64,000 nucleotides of DNA from Firmicutes bacterium AF25-13AC (GCA_963621725.1 CAVFEY010000003.1:3327-67326), one strand, 5' to 3'. Counted from the first letter of the stretch, positions 28,101-37,928 are shown. Notes: generated by a model from the sequence alone, not told the origin. Translations and numbers: made by a program.

Positions 28101-29129
28101 ATGGCCAACAAAGTCACCCTCAAGCAGATCGCCCAGGAGGTGGGGCTTTCCCCCTCGTCGGTCTCGCTTGTGCTCAATAATCGGCCCTGTCGCATCTCGG
28201 AAGAAAACCGCAAACTCATCAAGGAGGTCGCGGCGCGCAACCACTATGTTCCTAACCAGATTGCGCGTAGTTTGGTCATGCGCGAGTCGCGCACGCTGGG
28301 CCTTATCGTCCCTAACATCGAGAGCCGCTTTTTTGCCTCGCTCGCCGGTAGCCTGGAAAAGCGCTGCCGCGAGGACGGCTATGCGCTCTTCATTACCAGC
28401 TCGGGCGGAAGCGCCGATGACGATCTGGAGCTGCTGCGCCAGCTGGTGACGCGCGGCGTTGATGGCGTCTTCCTGGTCGTAGGCGACGAGTTCTCCGACG
28501 ACCGCGCCCTGCGCGAAGAAGTCAGCCATCTGCCTATTCCTGCCGTGATGGTCGACCGTGCCATTGAGGGGCTCGAGTGCGACAAGGTGATGTTCGACCA
28601 CGAGATGGGTGGCTACATGGCCACTCGCTATCTGATCGAGCAGGGCCACCGTCGCATTGCCTGCTTGGTTAACGCGCGCCGTTCCAATACGGGGCGTAAG
28701 CGACTTGCCGGCTATGAGCGCGCGCTGCGCGAGGTCGGCCTGCCTATCGACGCACGCTTGGAGTTTGAGAGCGAGTACTACATTCCGAGTGCCTATGAGG
28801 CCTCGGAGGCGGTGCTCGCAACTGACGCCACCGCCGTGTTCGCAAGCTCGGATAACATTGCCCTCGGTCTGCTCAAGCGCTTGCACGAGATGGGGAAGAG
28901 CATCCCAGGCGGTATTTCGGTCGTAAGCTATGACAACTCGGCGGCCGACGTTCTCTTTGAGCCGGCGCTGACCGCCATTGAGCAGGATCCTGGTGTCCTT
29001 GCGGAGCATGCTTTTGGCTGCATGTCCAAGCGTCTTGCCGGTAGGGGTGGTAGGCGTGCCGAAGAGGTCGTCCTGGAGCCGGCGCTTATCGTTAAGGGCA
29101 GCGTGCTCGAGCTTACCGAATGTAGCTAA
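28101..29129 (+). CDS. LacI family transcriptional regulator
   Basis: N-terminal HTH VTLKQIAQEVGLSPSSVSLVLNNR plus a periplasmic-binding-fold C-terminus. Confidence 0.85.
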   Translation: MANKVTLKQIAQEVGLSPSSVSLVLNNRPCRISEENRKLIKEVAARNHYVPNQIARSLVMRESRTLGLIVPNIESRFFASLAGSLEKRCREDGYALFITSSGGSADDDLELLRQLVTRGVDGVFLVVGDEFSDDRALREEVSHLPIPAVMVDRAIEGLECDKVMFDHEMGGYMATRYLIEQGHRRIACLVNARRSNTGRKRLAGYERALREVGLPIDARLEFESEYYIPSAYEASEAVLATDATAVFASSDNIALGLLKRLHEMGKSIPGGISVVSYDNSAADVLFEPALTAIEQDPGVLAEHAFGCMSKRLAGRGGRRAEEVVLEPALIVKGSVLELTECS

Positions 29130-29183
29130 GCGTACTTGTTTGTTTGCATAGATTGCATGCGGAGTGTCCGCTATTTGCCGGCG

Positions 29184-29256
29184 GGGCCGGGGTGCCTGCC
29201 TTGTTTTGAAAAGTGGGCTCCGCGAACTTCTCAAAACAAGGCAGGCACCCCGGCCC
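29184..29256. repeat. 26-bp perfect-arm hairpin
   Basis: GGGCCGGGGTGCCTGCCTTGTTTTGA - 21 nt - TCAAAACAAGGCAGGCACCCCGGCCC, 55 nt after the LacI stop. Confidence 0.85.
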
Positions 29257-29378
29257 TCGTCCGTAAGCTCTTCCGCTGGGCGAGCCATAGACGCCGCGTA
29301 CCGATACGGTAAAGTGGCGGCTTGAAATTGGTGCTATATTCAGCTTGAGTTGTTTAATGCTAGTAAGGGGAGGCTGAT

Positions 29379-29867
29379 ATGGGGCTGTTCAAGAAGAAAA
29401 ACCCGCAGGATGCCTTTGATCCCGATGTGTTTACCATCACGGATACGATTTTGGACCCGCCGCGGTTTACGTTTTTGCCGGCTATCTACCAGGATGCCAC
29501 GCATCGCAAGTGGGCCGTACATCAGCGCGGCGGCGAGCCGAAGATTTTTGACTATGCGGACGTGTTGCAGTGCGAAGTGGCCGAGGCGGGCGATCCGGAG
29601 GCCGAAGAAGCGGTCTCTAAACAGGAATTTGCCCAGCGTATCCTGGCAAATCCTGCCAAGGCGGCGAAAATAAACGCTGCCAAGCGTAATATGTGTCTTG
29701 GTATGGGCGTTGTTGTGGCGGTTCAGACGGGAAAAGACGAGGTTTCCAAATTAGAGATTCCCGTTATGACCGACGAAGTCAAACGCGATTCAAGTCTATA
29801 TAAGTCGTATCGGAATGTCGCCGAGAAGATCAAGGCCGAATTTGATGCCATGGGAGGGCTGGCCTAA
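29379..29867 (+). CDS. hypothetical protein
   Basis: 162-aa ORF with GGGGAGG RBS. No recognisable motif. Confidence 0.5.
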   Translation: MGLFKKKNPQDAFDPDVFTITDTILDPPRFTFLPAIYQDATHRKWAVHQRGGEPKIFDYADVLQCEVAEAGDPEAEEAVSKQEFAQRILANPAKAAKINAAKRNMCLGMGVVVAVQTGKDEVSKLEIPVMTDEVKRDSSLYKSYRNVAEKIKAEFDAMGGLA

Positions 29868-29905
29868 TTTTGGCGGCATACGTTTCTGAATGAGGAGTCT
29901 GTGTA

Positions 29906-30673
29906 ATGGCAGGCGAATCTTATGCAATTCCCCCCAAAGATCGTGCTGTTGAGGGAATTCTTTGGTATATCCAGCACCATCAGCTTGCCGGCGGCGATCG
30001 CCTGCCGGCCGAGCGCGTGCTGTGCGAAGAGATTGGCGTTTCGCGTACGGCGTTGCGTGCCGGTATCACGCGGCTCATCTCGTGTGGAACGCTCGAGAGC
30101 CGTCGCGGATCGGGTACGTATGTGTGTCCTCCCAAGCCGTTGAACATCTTCCAGGAAACGTATAACTTTTCCGATGCTGTACGGACTGCCGGCCTGCACC
30201 CCTCTTCTCGTCTGGTTTCCACCGGGACCATCGAGGCGGATGAGGCGCTTGCCGACAAGCTTGGGGTGGCTGTAGGCGCTCCCTTGCTCCGCATGCAGCG
30301 CGTTCGACTTATTGAGGGCGAGCCGGCGTCAATCGAGACCGCTCACGTTAACCTGTCCCTGTGCCCATCGCTTCCCGAACACGATTTTGAGTGTGAGAGC
30401 CTTTACGATGTCTTGCTCAAAGAAGGTGGCGTGCGTGTTGAGCATGGACGTGAGCATATCTCCATCTCGCGTTTGGACGTCGAAGAGGCCGAGCTGCTCC
30501 AGCAAGAAGAGGGAACGCCGGTGTTCTATGAGAGCTCGATCGAATTTGATAAGGACATGCGTTTTGTGGAGCATTGCAAATCGGTGATTTTGCCCACAAA
30601 GTTCCGCTTTGCCGATAACGGCGAAGAGAACGGCATGAGGAGCGTGGCAGGTGAACAATGGCTGAAACAGTAG
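29906..30673 (+). CDS. GntR family (HutC/UTRA) transcriptional regulator, paralog 1
   Basis: wHTH LPAERVLCEEIGVSRTALRAGITRLISCGTLESRRGSGTYV plus a UTRA-like C-terminus. Confidence 0.8.
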   Translation: MAGESYAIPPKDRAVEGILWYIQHHQLAGGDRLPAERVLCEEIGVSRTALRAGITRLISCGTLESRRGSGTYVCPPKPLNIFQETYNFSDAVRTAGLHPSSRLVSTGTIEADEALADKLGVAVGAPLLRMQRVRLIEGEPASIETAHVNLSLCPSLPEHDFECESLYDVLLKEGGVRVEHGREHISISRLDVEEAELLQQEEGTPVFYESSIEFDKDMRFVEHCKSVILPTKFRFADNGEENGMRSVAGEQWLKQ

Positions 30674-31371
30674 ATGCCACCCCGGTTTATATGCGCATTC
30701 GACGCCGCATCGAGGAACGTATCGAGCGCGGTATATATCCCACGGGTTCCATGATTCCGTCCGAAAAAGACCTCGCCGAGGAATTTGGTACGACACGCTT
30801 GACCATCCGAAGCGCTGTCGATGAGCTGGTTCGGCGCGGGCAGATTCGCCGTGTTCGGGGAAAAGGTGCCTTTGTGGCGCAGAAAGTACCTGCTTTTTTT
30901 GAACGCACGGTCGGTTTCCGTGAATCGGTCCGTGCTTCGGGCGGCGAGCCGTCCGTCCGTATTCTCGCGCGTTCCAAGCGTTATGCGGGGCCATATTACG
31001 CCGACCTGTTTGGCATCGCCGAGGACGACCTGCTCTATTCCGTTCGACGCCTGAACTGCATAAACGGTAGCCCCGTATCGATTGAGACGGCGCTGATTCC
31101 CTGCCTGCTGTTCCCAACCATCGAAGATATTGACGTGTCGGTCTTCAGTTTGTACGAGACCTATGAGATGCTGGGCCGAAAGCCAGCCATGGCACAGGAA
31201 AAGCTCGATATCGAAGCGCTGGGCGCACGAGATGCCGGCCTCCTTGGACTGGAACAGGGCGATCTTGTTTTGCTTTTGGAATGCGTGAGCTATGACGCGA
31301 GCGGTCAGGCTATCGAGTATGTAAAGTCCTTCAATCGTGGCGATACGGGCGGCTACACCTATACGTACTAG
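30658..31371 (+). CDS. GntR family (HutC/UTRA) transcriptional regulator, paralog 2
   Basis: wHTH IPSEKDLAEEFGTTRLTIRSAVDELVRRGQIRRVRGKGAFV plus a UTRA-like C-terminus. Overlaps the upstream gene by 16 nt. Confidence 0.8.
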   Translation: MAETVDATPVYMRIRRRIEERIERGIYPTGSMIPSEKDLAEEFGTTRLTIRSAVDELVRRGQIRRVRGKGAFVAQKVPAFFERTVGFRESVRASGGEPSVRILARSKRYAGPYYADLFGIAEDDLLYSVRRLNCINGSPVSIETALIPCLLFPTIEDIDVSVFSLYETYEMLGRKPAMAQEKLDIEALGARDAGLLGLEQGDLVLLLECVSYDASGQAIEYVKSFNRGDTGGYTYTY

Positions 31372-31427
31372 CTGGTATTTTGTGAATAACGGCTGGGAAA
31401 CTAACCAGTTTTGATCGTTGGGTCAGC

Positions 31428-31437
31428 TGTATATACA
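31428..31437. promoter_or_regulatory. perfect palindrome TGTATATACA in the PTS-A promoter region (candidate GntR/HutC operator)
   Basis: 10-bp perfect palindrome about 130 nt upstream of the first SIS gene. Confidence 0.25.
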
Positions 31438-31455
31438 ACCCTACAGGGCTCAAAA

Positions 31456-31473
31456 TCGACCGTTCGCCGATGG
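31456..31473 (+). promoter_or_regulatory. candidate shared cis-motif TCGACCGTTCGCCGATGG upstream of PTS operon A
   Basis: Matches 37801-37817 (TCGACCGTTCACCGAGG) and 15092-15106. Confidence 0.3.
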
Positions 31474-31564
31474 GGATAAATTAATCGACAAAGAGGTATC
31501 AAAAAGCCGTAACCTATAACTGTGATTGGTATCAAATACTAATGATTTGTTACGAGGTGAGACG

Positions 31565-32680
31565 ATGAAGATGCTCGATTACGTTCAGCTTGCCCATGTG
31601 CGTATGGGGGAGAACCTCGAGCGTTCGTCTGAGCTGGTAGCGCAGCTCGTTGATATTTTCCAGTCCGGTTCTTTTGACGCGCTGCGCATCGTTGCTTCGG
31701 GTTCGTCGCGCCATGCCGCCGATTGCGCCCGCGATTACCTGCAAGATGCCCTGCAAATGCAGGTGTCCGTTGTGACGCCCGAGGCCTTCGTCGATTTTGA
31801 ACACACCTATCCGCAGCATGCGCTCAACATCGCCGTCTCGCAGAGTGGCTATTCGACCAATACGATTGCGGCGCTCGATTACATGCGCGCACACGATATG
31901 GCTGCAGTTGCGCTCACGGCAAACGTCGAGGCGCCCATCAAGGAGCACACTGACATCGTTCTTGACTACGGTGTGGGCGTCGAGTCGGTGGACTTTGTGA
32001 CTCTGGGCGTCGAGGTGCTCGTTGAGTACCTGGTGCTCTTTGGTATTTACGGCGGTCAGGCGCGCGGAACGATTGACGCCAAGGGCGTTGCCCAGCGTCT
32101 TGACGACCTGCGCGAGGCCATCCAGGCCAATGCCGTGATGTGCAAGACCGCCGAGGAATATGTCCAAGACCACATGCTCGAACTTTCTGAGCACATGCCC
32201 GCCATGGTCGTCGGCAACGGTCCCAACTACGGCGTTGCCGAGGAGGCGGCGCTCAAGCTGAGCGAGACCATCAAGATTCCTGCCATGCATCACGAGGGCG
32301 AGGAGTTCATTCACGGTCCCGAGATGCAGATCGTTCCGGGCTATCTGGTGTTTATCGTCGACGATCCGCAGGGGTCGGAGCGTCTTGCGAATATCGCCGA
32401 TGCGCTATCGAACGTTACGACAAAAACGGTGCTGCTCACGGCCCATCCCAGGGGTAAGGCTCACGAGGTTGCGGTGCCTCAGGTGGCTCCGCTGCTCAGC
32501 GCAATTCCCAATTTGGTGTTCTTCCAGACGATTGCGGCAATGATCGCCGAGCGTCTGAAGTCATGGGACGTGCACCCGTATCTTGATGCCGTCTCCAAGC
32601 AAATGGAGGTCAAGGCAGAGGGCTACGAAGAATCAGTCAATGCGCTTAAGGCCAAAGCGGCCGAGTGTTACGGAATGTAA
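31565..32680 (+). CDS. SIS-domain sugar-phosphate isomerase/deglycase-like protein (FrlB/AgaS-like)
   Basis: Two SIS halves (RIVASGSSRHAADCA...; VVGNGPNYGVAEEAALKLSE). RBS GAGGTGAG lies before the ATG at 31565. Confidence 0.75.
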   Translation: MKMLDYVQLAHVRMGENLERSSELVAQLVDIFQSGSFDALRIVASGSSRHAADCARDYLQDALQMQVSVVTPEAFVDFEHTYPQHALNIAVSQSGYSTNTIAALDYMRAHDMAAVALTANVEAPIKEHTDIVLDYGVGVESVDFVTLGVEVLVEYLVLFGIYGGQARGTIDAKGVAQRLDDLREAIQANAVMCKTAEEYVQDHMLELSEHMPAMVVGNGPNYGVAEEAALKLSETIKIPAMHHEGEEFIHGPEMQIVPGYLVFIVDDPQGSERLANIADALSNVTTKTVLLTAHPRGKAHEVAVPQVAPLLSAIPNLVFFQTIAAMIAERLKSWDVHPYLDAVSKQMEVKAEGYEESVNALKAKAAECYGM

Positions 32681-32739
32681 GCGGGTTTGATGCCCGTTGG
32701 CATGGGGGATGTGAAGACAACCCCAGAAAGGAGAGACAA

Positions 32740-33801
32740 ATGAAGGAAACCGAGAAGATCGAGATCATGCATTTCGACCAGGAGGGCTATCTCGAGGACG
32801 GCAAGGCGCTCTACGAGACCGGCAAGAAGATGACCGCGCTCGCCGACAAGGTCGCCGACGAGGGCTACGACGCCGTGTTCCTGATGGGCGTCGGCGGCAC
32901 CTGGGACGAGCTCATGCAGCTCGAGTACCTCATGAACAAGTTCGGCGACCGCGACCTCGAGGTCTACCTGATCCACGCCGCCGAGTGGAACGCCATGGGC
33001 CACAAGCGCATGACCGAGAAGTCCGTCGTGCTCACCGCCTCCGAGTCCGGCACCACCCCCGAGGTCCTCGAGGCCGTCAAGAAGATGAAGGGCATGGGCG
33101 TGCGCGTCTACGCCATGACCAAGCCCGAGGGCCCCATCGGCCAGGCTGTGGGTGCCGAGAACTGCGTCGCCATGGCTTCTGACCATGGTTCGGGCGGCTG
33201 CGAGAAGGGCTACTACCTCGCCGACTGCTTCGGCCTGCGCCTGCTCAACCGCCGCGGCTGCTTCCCCAAGTTCGATTTGTTTATCGAGCAGACCAAGGAC
33301 ATCTGGAAGGACATGCTCGATATCCGCAAGCGCTTCGAGCCGCGCGCCGAGGAGCTCGCCAAGAAGTACGCCCTGGCCCCCTACACCATGTTCATCGGCT
33401 CCGGCGCCCTGTGGGGCGAGACGATCCTGTTCTCGATGTGCATCCTCGAGGAGATGCAGTGGAAGCGCACCCGCTACATCACCTCGGCCGACTTCTTCCA
33501 CGGCACCCTCGAGCTCGTGGAGCCCGGCGTCCCGGTCTTCCTGTTCATGGGCGAGGACGAGAACCGCAAGCTCGACGAGCGCGTCCGCGCCTTCCTGACC
33601 CGCGGCGTGACCGGCGACACCGACATCAACATCATCGACACCGCCGAGTTCGCGATCCCCGGCCTTGACGACGAGTTCCGCGTCATCGTCTCCCCGTGGA
33701 TTCTGACGGTGCTCGTGACCGACCGCCTGGCTCGCTACTACGAGACGGTCACCAAGCACAACCTCAAGTATCGTCGCTACTATCACCAGTTCGACTACTA
33801 A
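32740..33801 (+). CDS. SIS-domain deglycase-like protein, copy A
   Basis: 353 aa with FLMGVGGTWDE and FIGSGALWGETILFSMCILEE SIS motifs. The first 950 nt are identical to 37929-38878. Confidence 0.75.
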   Translation: MKETEKIEIMHFDQEGYLEDGKALYETGKKMTALADKVADEGYDAVFLMGVGGTWDELMQLEYLMNKFGDRDLEVYLIHAAEWNAMGHKRMTEKSVVLTASESGTTPEVLEAVKKMKGMGVRVYAMTKPEGPIGQAVGAENCVAMASDHGSGGCEKGYYLADCFGLRLLNRRGCFPKFDLFIEQTKDIWKDMLDIRKRFEPRAEELAKKYALAPYTMFIGSGALWGETILFSMCILEEMQWKRTRYITSADFFHGTLELVEPGVPVFLFMGEDENRKLDERVRAFLTRGVTGDTDINIIDTAEFAIPGLDDEFRVIVSPWILTVLVTDRLARYYETVTKHNLKYRRYYHQFDY

Positions 33802-33847
33802 AGAAAACGGGTGCGGGAACGTGCCGGGCTATTGAGAGGAACACAGA

Positions 33848-34267
33848 ATGAGACAGTACATCATCGCCAGCCATGCGCACTTCGCCACCGGCATCAAGGA
33901 GAGCGTCGAGCTGCTCTCGGGCGCTCGCGACAACGTCCACGATCTTTCGATGTTCGTCGATGGCCGCATGGACGTGGCCGAGGAGGCCCAAAAACTGCTG
34001 GCAGGCATGTCTGCCGACGATGATGTCGTTGTCTGCACCGACCTCTTTGGCGGTAGCGTTAACAACGAGTTCACCAAGATCGTCCAGACGCGTCCCCGCA
34101 CGTACCTCGTTACCAACATGAACCTTCCTCTGCTCATCCAGCTGCTGTTCTCTGACGAGTCGGCGCCGGTTGAGGAGACGATTCGCGCCATCGTCGCTGC
34201 GGACGATACGCGCGTGAAGTTTGTCAACGATCTTTTGGTCGATGACGAGGAGGAGGAAGAGTTCTAA
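33848..34267 (+). CDS. PTS mannose-family EIIA (operon A)
   Basis: MRQYIIASHAHFATGIKES aligns with the ManX/LevD N-terminus, placing His9 at the phospho-His position. Also has the DLFGGS motif. Confidence 0.85.
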   Translation: MRQYIIASHAHFATGIKESVELLSGARDNVHDLSMFVDGRMDVAEEAQKLLAGMSADDDVVVCTDLFGGSVNNEFTKIVQTRPRTYLVTNMNLPLLIQLLFSDESAPVEETIRAIVAADDTRVKFVNDLLVDDEEEEEF

Positions 34268-34323
34268 TCCGCAGCACCTACTGACACGCCGTATGACGGC
34301 ACAAGACCTTTGGGGGTCACATT

Positions 34324-34806
34324 ATGATTCAGCTACTTCGCGTTGACCATCGCCTGCTTCATGGCCAGGTCGCAGTTTCCTGGGTTCAGGGCCTTGGCTC
34401 CAACTGCATCTTCTGCGTGGGCGATAAGGTCGCTAACGACCCGGTGTGGAAGACGACGCTCAAGATGGGCAAGCCTGCCGGCTGCAAGCTCGTCATCAAA
34501 GATATGGAGCATGCAATCGAAGCTATCAACTCGGGCGTGACCGACAAGTACAAGATGATCATCTGCGTCGCCACTATCGCTGAGGCAAAGCAGCTTGTTG
34601 AGGGCTGCCCGCAGATCAAGTCGGTCAACCTGGGCAACACCAAGCCCAAGGACGAGAAGCGTCCCGACGCTCGTCAGGTCTCTCGTCAGATCTTCCTGAC
34701 CGCGGCTGAGGAAGCCGATGTGCGCGAGATGCTGGATCGTGGCGTTGAGGTCGAGATTCGACCCCTGGCCGATGACCCCAAGGTCGACTGCGCCAGCGTG
34801 CTCTAG
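34324..34806 (+). CDS. PTS mannose/sorbose-family EIIB (operon A)
   Basis: RVDHRLLHGQVAVSW signature with the phospho-His. Confidence 0.85.
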   Translation: MIQLLRVDHRLLHGQVAVSWVQGLGSNCIFCVGDKVANDPVWKTTLKMGKPAGCKLVIKDMEHAIEAINSGVTDKYKMIICVATIAEAKQLVEGCPQIKSVNLGNTKPKDEKRPDARQVSRQIFLTAAEEADVREMLDRGVEVEIRPLADDPKVDCASVL

Positions 34807-34864
34807 GCGTTCAATTTCGAAGAGTCTGAGCTCTTCGTAGTGTCCTATATGGAAAGGGGGATGT

Positions 34865-35638
34865 ATGCTTACCCAAGCAATCCTCATCGGACTTATCGCC
34901 GCATTTGGTAAGTTCGACTGCCAGCTCGGTACGCTCTACGCGTTCCGCCCCATCGTCCTGTGCCCGCTCGTGGGCCTGGTGCTGGGGGACCTGCAGTCCG
35001 GCCTCGCGATCGGTGCGAGTCTGGAGCTGCTGTTCATGGGCTCGATCTCCATCGGCGCCTACGTGCCGCCTGATGAGACGATCGGCGGCGTGCTCGCCTG
35101 CGCCTTCGCTATCCAGCTGGGCCAGAGCACCGAGGCAGCCATCGCGCTTGCCATGCCCATCGCCACGCTGTGCCTTGCCATCAAGAACATCCTTAACGCC
35201 GCCCTGCCGATCCTGGTCGACCGCGCTGATGTCTACTCCGGCCAGGGCAACCTTAAGGGTGTCTATGCGATGCACTTCCTGATCGGTTTGACCGGTATCA
35301 TCATGGCGTTCCTGCTGTGCTCGCTGTCGTTCTATCTGGGTGCTGACGCCATCCAGGGCCTGCTCGACTTCATCCCGCCCTTTGTCCTTGCTGGCTTTGG
35401 CGTTGCCGCCAACATCCTGCCGGCCATGGGCTTCGCCATGCTCGGCCGCCTGGTGCTCACCAAGCAGCTCGTGCCCTTCTACTTCCTGGGCTTCCTGCTG
35501 TGCTCCTACGCCAACGTGCCCGTCCTGGGCGTCGCCCTGATCGCCATCATCATCGGCATCGACAAGTTCGACCTGCTCGGCCTGGGCGGAGCCCAGCCCC
35601 AGCTCTCCGCGGAAGGGGATGAGGACGATGACTTCTAG
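34865..35638 (+). CDS. PTS mannose-family EIIC (operon A)
   Basis: 257-aa polytopic protein with an EIIC-Man pattern (GASLELLFMG). Confidence 0.85.
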   Translation: MLTQAILIGLIAAFGKFDCQLGTLYAFRPIVLCPLVGLVLGDLQSGLAIGASLELLFMGSISIGAYVPPDETIGGVLACAFAIQLGQSTEAAIALAMPIATLCLAIKNILNAALPILVDRADVYSGQGNLKGVYAMHFLIGLTGIIMAFLLCSLSFYLGADAIQGLLDFIPPFVLAGFGVAANILPAMGFAMLGRLVLTKQLVPFYFLGFLLCSYANVPVLGVALIAIIIGIDKFDLLGLGGAQPQLSAEGDEDDDF

Positions 35639-36452
35639 TCCCGAGAACAAGATCACGCGCTCCGACCTCGTCAAGAGCGCCGTCAACGTCGGCGCCCTGG
35701 GCATGGAGTTCTCCTGGACCTACTACAAGCAGATGAACATCGCCTTCTGCCTGATGGTCGCCAACATGCTCAAGAAGATCTACGCCGGCCGCCCCGACGA
35801 CTACGCCGCGGCCCTGCACCGCCACTGCGCGTTCTTCAACATCACCGTCCAGTTCGCCCCGTTCGTCGGCGGCATCGCGATGGCCATGGAGGAGAAGGTC
35901 GCCCGCGGCGAGATCGAGCCCGAGAGCGTCAACGACGTCAAGGCCGCCCTCATGGGCCCGCTGTCCGGCATCGGCGACTCCATCTTCCTGTCGACGCTGC
36001 GCGTGGTCGCCGCCGCGGTGGGCATCAGCCTGTGCCAGGCCGGCAACCCCTTCGGCCCCATCGCCTTCCTGCTCATCTACAACGTCCCCGGCTTCGCGCT
36101 GCGCATCTGGGGCGCCGTCAAGGGCTACGAGCTGGGCGTGGGCTTCCTGGACGAGGCCCAGAGGACCGGCCTCATGCAGAAGATCATGACCTGCGTGGGC
36201 ATCGTGGGCGTCATGGTCGTGGGCGCCATGTGCAAGGACATGTTCTGGGCCAGCATCCCGGTGGCCATCGGCTCGGGCGAGGACGCCCAGACCCTCCAGG
36301 ACATCCTGGACGGCATCATGCCCGGCATGCTCGGCATGATCGCCTTCTGGCTGTACTACTGGCTGCTGTCCAAGAAGATCAACCCCATGGTGCTGATCGT
36401 GGCCACCATGGTCGTGGGCATCATCGGCGCGTTCTTCGGCGTGCTGGCGTAA
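35619..36452 (+). CDS. PTS mannose-family EIID (operon A)
   Basis: The N-terminus has the EIID pattern (FSWTYYKQMNIAFCLMVANMLKKIY). Overlaps the EIIC stop. ATG at 35628 is an alternative start. Confidence 0.85.
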   Translation: MRTMTSSPENKITRSDLVKSAVNVGALGMEFSWTYYKQMNIAFCLMVANMLKKIYAGRPDDYAAALHRHCAFFNITVQFAPFVGGIAMAMEEKVARGEIEPESVNDVKAALMGPLSGIGDSIFLSTLRVVAAAVGISLCQAGNPFGPIAFLLIYNVPGFALRIWGAVKGYELGVGFLDEAQRTGLMQKIMTCVGIVGVMVVGAMCKDMFWASIPVAIGSGEDAQTLQDILDGIMPGMLGMIAFWLYYWLLSKKINPMVLIVATMVVGIIGAFFGVLA

Positions 36453-36487
36453 GGGCCCGGCTGCATAGATTTTCGTTGCAACCTGGA

Positions 36488-36527
36488 AAGGGGATGGAGC
36501 AGGCCTATGCCCTCCGTCCCCTTTTTG
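36488..36527 (+). terminator. terminator after PTS operon A
   Basis: AAAGGGGATGGAG-loop-CTCCGTCCCCTTT followed by TTGT. Confidence 0.7.
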
Positions 36528-36543
36528 TATAGAAGGAGTTCGT

Positions 36544-37758
36544 ATGTTCGCGAAGGATCGCGAAGCAATGCGCCTGACGCCGGCAGAGGTCAGGCTGATT
36601 CTTATTGAGTCCCTGCAGTGGTGCGCCAACAACGCGGTCTACTTTTTGGGGCTTATCGGTGCGGCCACGTATGATCTGGCCGGCACGGCCTTTTTGGTTG
36701 CCGCCATTACGCTCGTGCGCAATCTTATGACGTCGGTGGGCAATATGGTGTCGGGCTCGGTCATCGATCGCTTTGGACCGCGCCGGACGTCGTTTGTGAC
36801 GTGCGTGATTACGGCAGTGCTATCGCTTGGCGTGGGGTTAGCGCCGTTGTCTGTCCCCGGGCTTGTGTTTGCCGCGTGCGTCTTGGGACTTGCGGGCGGC
36901 TTTATCAACACCTGCACGCATGCGTTTCCGGGATACCTGGAGTCGACCACCGAGGGTCGTACCCGCGTGAACGGCCTCATGGTGTTCTACAGCAATATTG
37001 CCTATACCGCTGGCCCGCTGCTCGGTGGTGCCATCGTGAGCTGTTTTGCCACGCAATCGGTCTATCTGCTCATGGCGGGCATGATGGGTGTGGCGGCCGT
37101 GCTCTCCTTGGGCTGTCACGAGTGTGTTGCTCCCGCAAAAGGGGAGAAGCCGAAGGGCGGTATTCTGGGCGGCATGGCCGAGGGTGCGCGACTTACGTTT
37201 CGCGATCACGACTTGCGCCTCATCTTTATCTCGGGCTTTTTGGGTTTCTTTGCGTTTGGCGCGTTCGATTCGCTGGAGTCGTTGTTCTACCGTGATGTAC
37301 TCAACGTGGATATCGTCTGGCTGGGCTGGTTGTCCTCGGTCGTGGGCCTTACTTCCTCGGTGGGTGCGTTCATCCTGACCAAGCTTTCTGCTCGCCATGT
37401 CAACCTGCGATTGCTGCTCGGCGCGCTCATGGCCGTGGGCATTGGGTCCATGGTGTACGTGGGCACCGATATGCTGGGGGTCGCGATTATCGGTCAGGCG
37501 ATTAACGGTCTGGCCTGGGGGTTCCTGGAGCCGCTGCAGATGATCTTGATTCAGGAGCGTGCCGACATCAAATACCTGGGGCGCATTACCGGCTTTGTGC
37601 GTTTTGGCCTGATGAGCGCCGGCGTGGTGCCGCTGCTGGCGGCTCCGTTTTTGGCGGAGGCTTTGGGCGTCCAGACGGTACTGTTTGGAGCATCGACCAT
37701 TATTGCGCTGGTAGGAACGCTGTTCTTTGTCACACAAGGGAGACGCCGGGGGCGTTAG
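36544..37758 (+). CDS. MFS transporter
   Basis: 404 aa with about 12 predicted TM helices. The loop motif DRFGPRR between TM2 and TM3 is typical of MFS. Confidence 0.8.
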   Translation: MFAKDREAMRLTPAEVRLILIESLQWCANNAVYFLGLIGAATYDLAGTAFLVAAITLVRNLMTSVGNMVSGSVIDRFGPRRTSFVTCVITAVLSLGVGLAPLSVPGLVFAACVLGLAGGFINTCTHAFPGYLESTTEGRTRVNGLMVFYSNIAYTAGPLLGGAIVSCFATQSVYLLMAGMMGVAAVLSLGCHECVAPAKGEKPKGGILGGMAEGARLTFRDHDLRLIFISGFLGFFAFGAFDSLESLFYRDVLNVDIVWLGWLSSVVGLTSSVGAFILTKLSARHVNLRLLLGALMAVGIGSMVYVGTDMLGVAIIGQAINGLAWGFLEPLQMILIQERADIKYLGRITGFVRFGLMSAGVVPLLAAPFLAEALGVQTVLFGASTIIALVGTLFFVTQGRRRGR

Positions 37759-37800
37759 CTATACATCAAATTATAATTTGATACCACTCACCAGAGAATT

Positions 37801-37817
37801 TCGACCGTTCACCGAGG
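37801..37817 (+). promoter_or_regulatory. candidate shared cis-motif TCGACCGTTCACCGAGG upstream of PTS operon B
   Basis: See 31456 and 15092. It is flanked by inverted TTGATACCA (37775-37786) and TGGTATCGA (37869-37882) half-sites; the related ATTGGTATCAAAT sits at 31525-31537. Confidence 0.3.
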
Positions 37818-37928
37818 ATTGGAACAGATTGAAAAGTGGTATTAAAAACACGTTGGGTGTATGTCTATAATTGGTATCGAAAAGAAACGCGATGTATAGA
37901 TTCGCGTGCTGGACAGAAAGGAAAAGCC

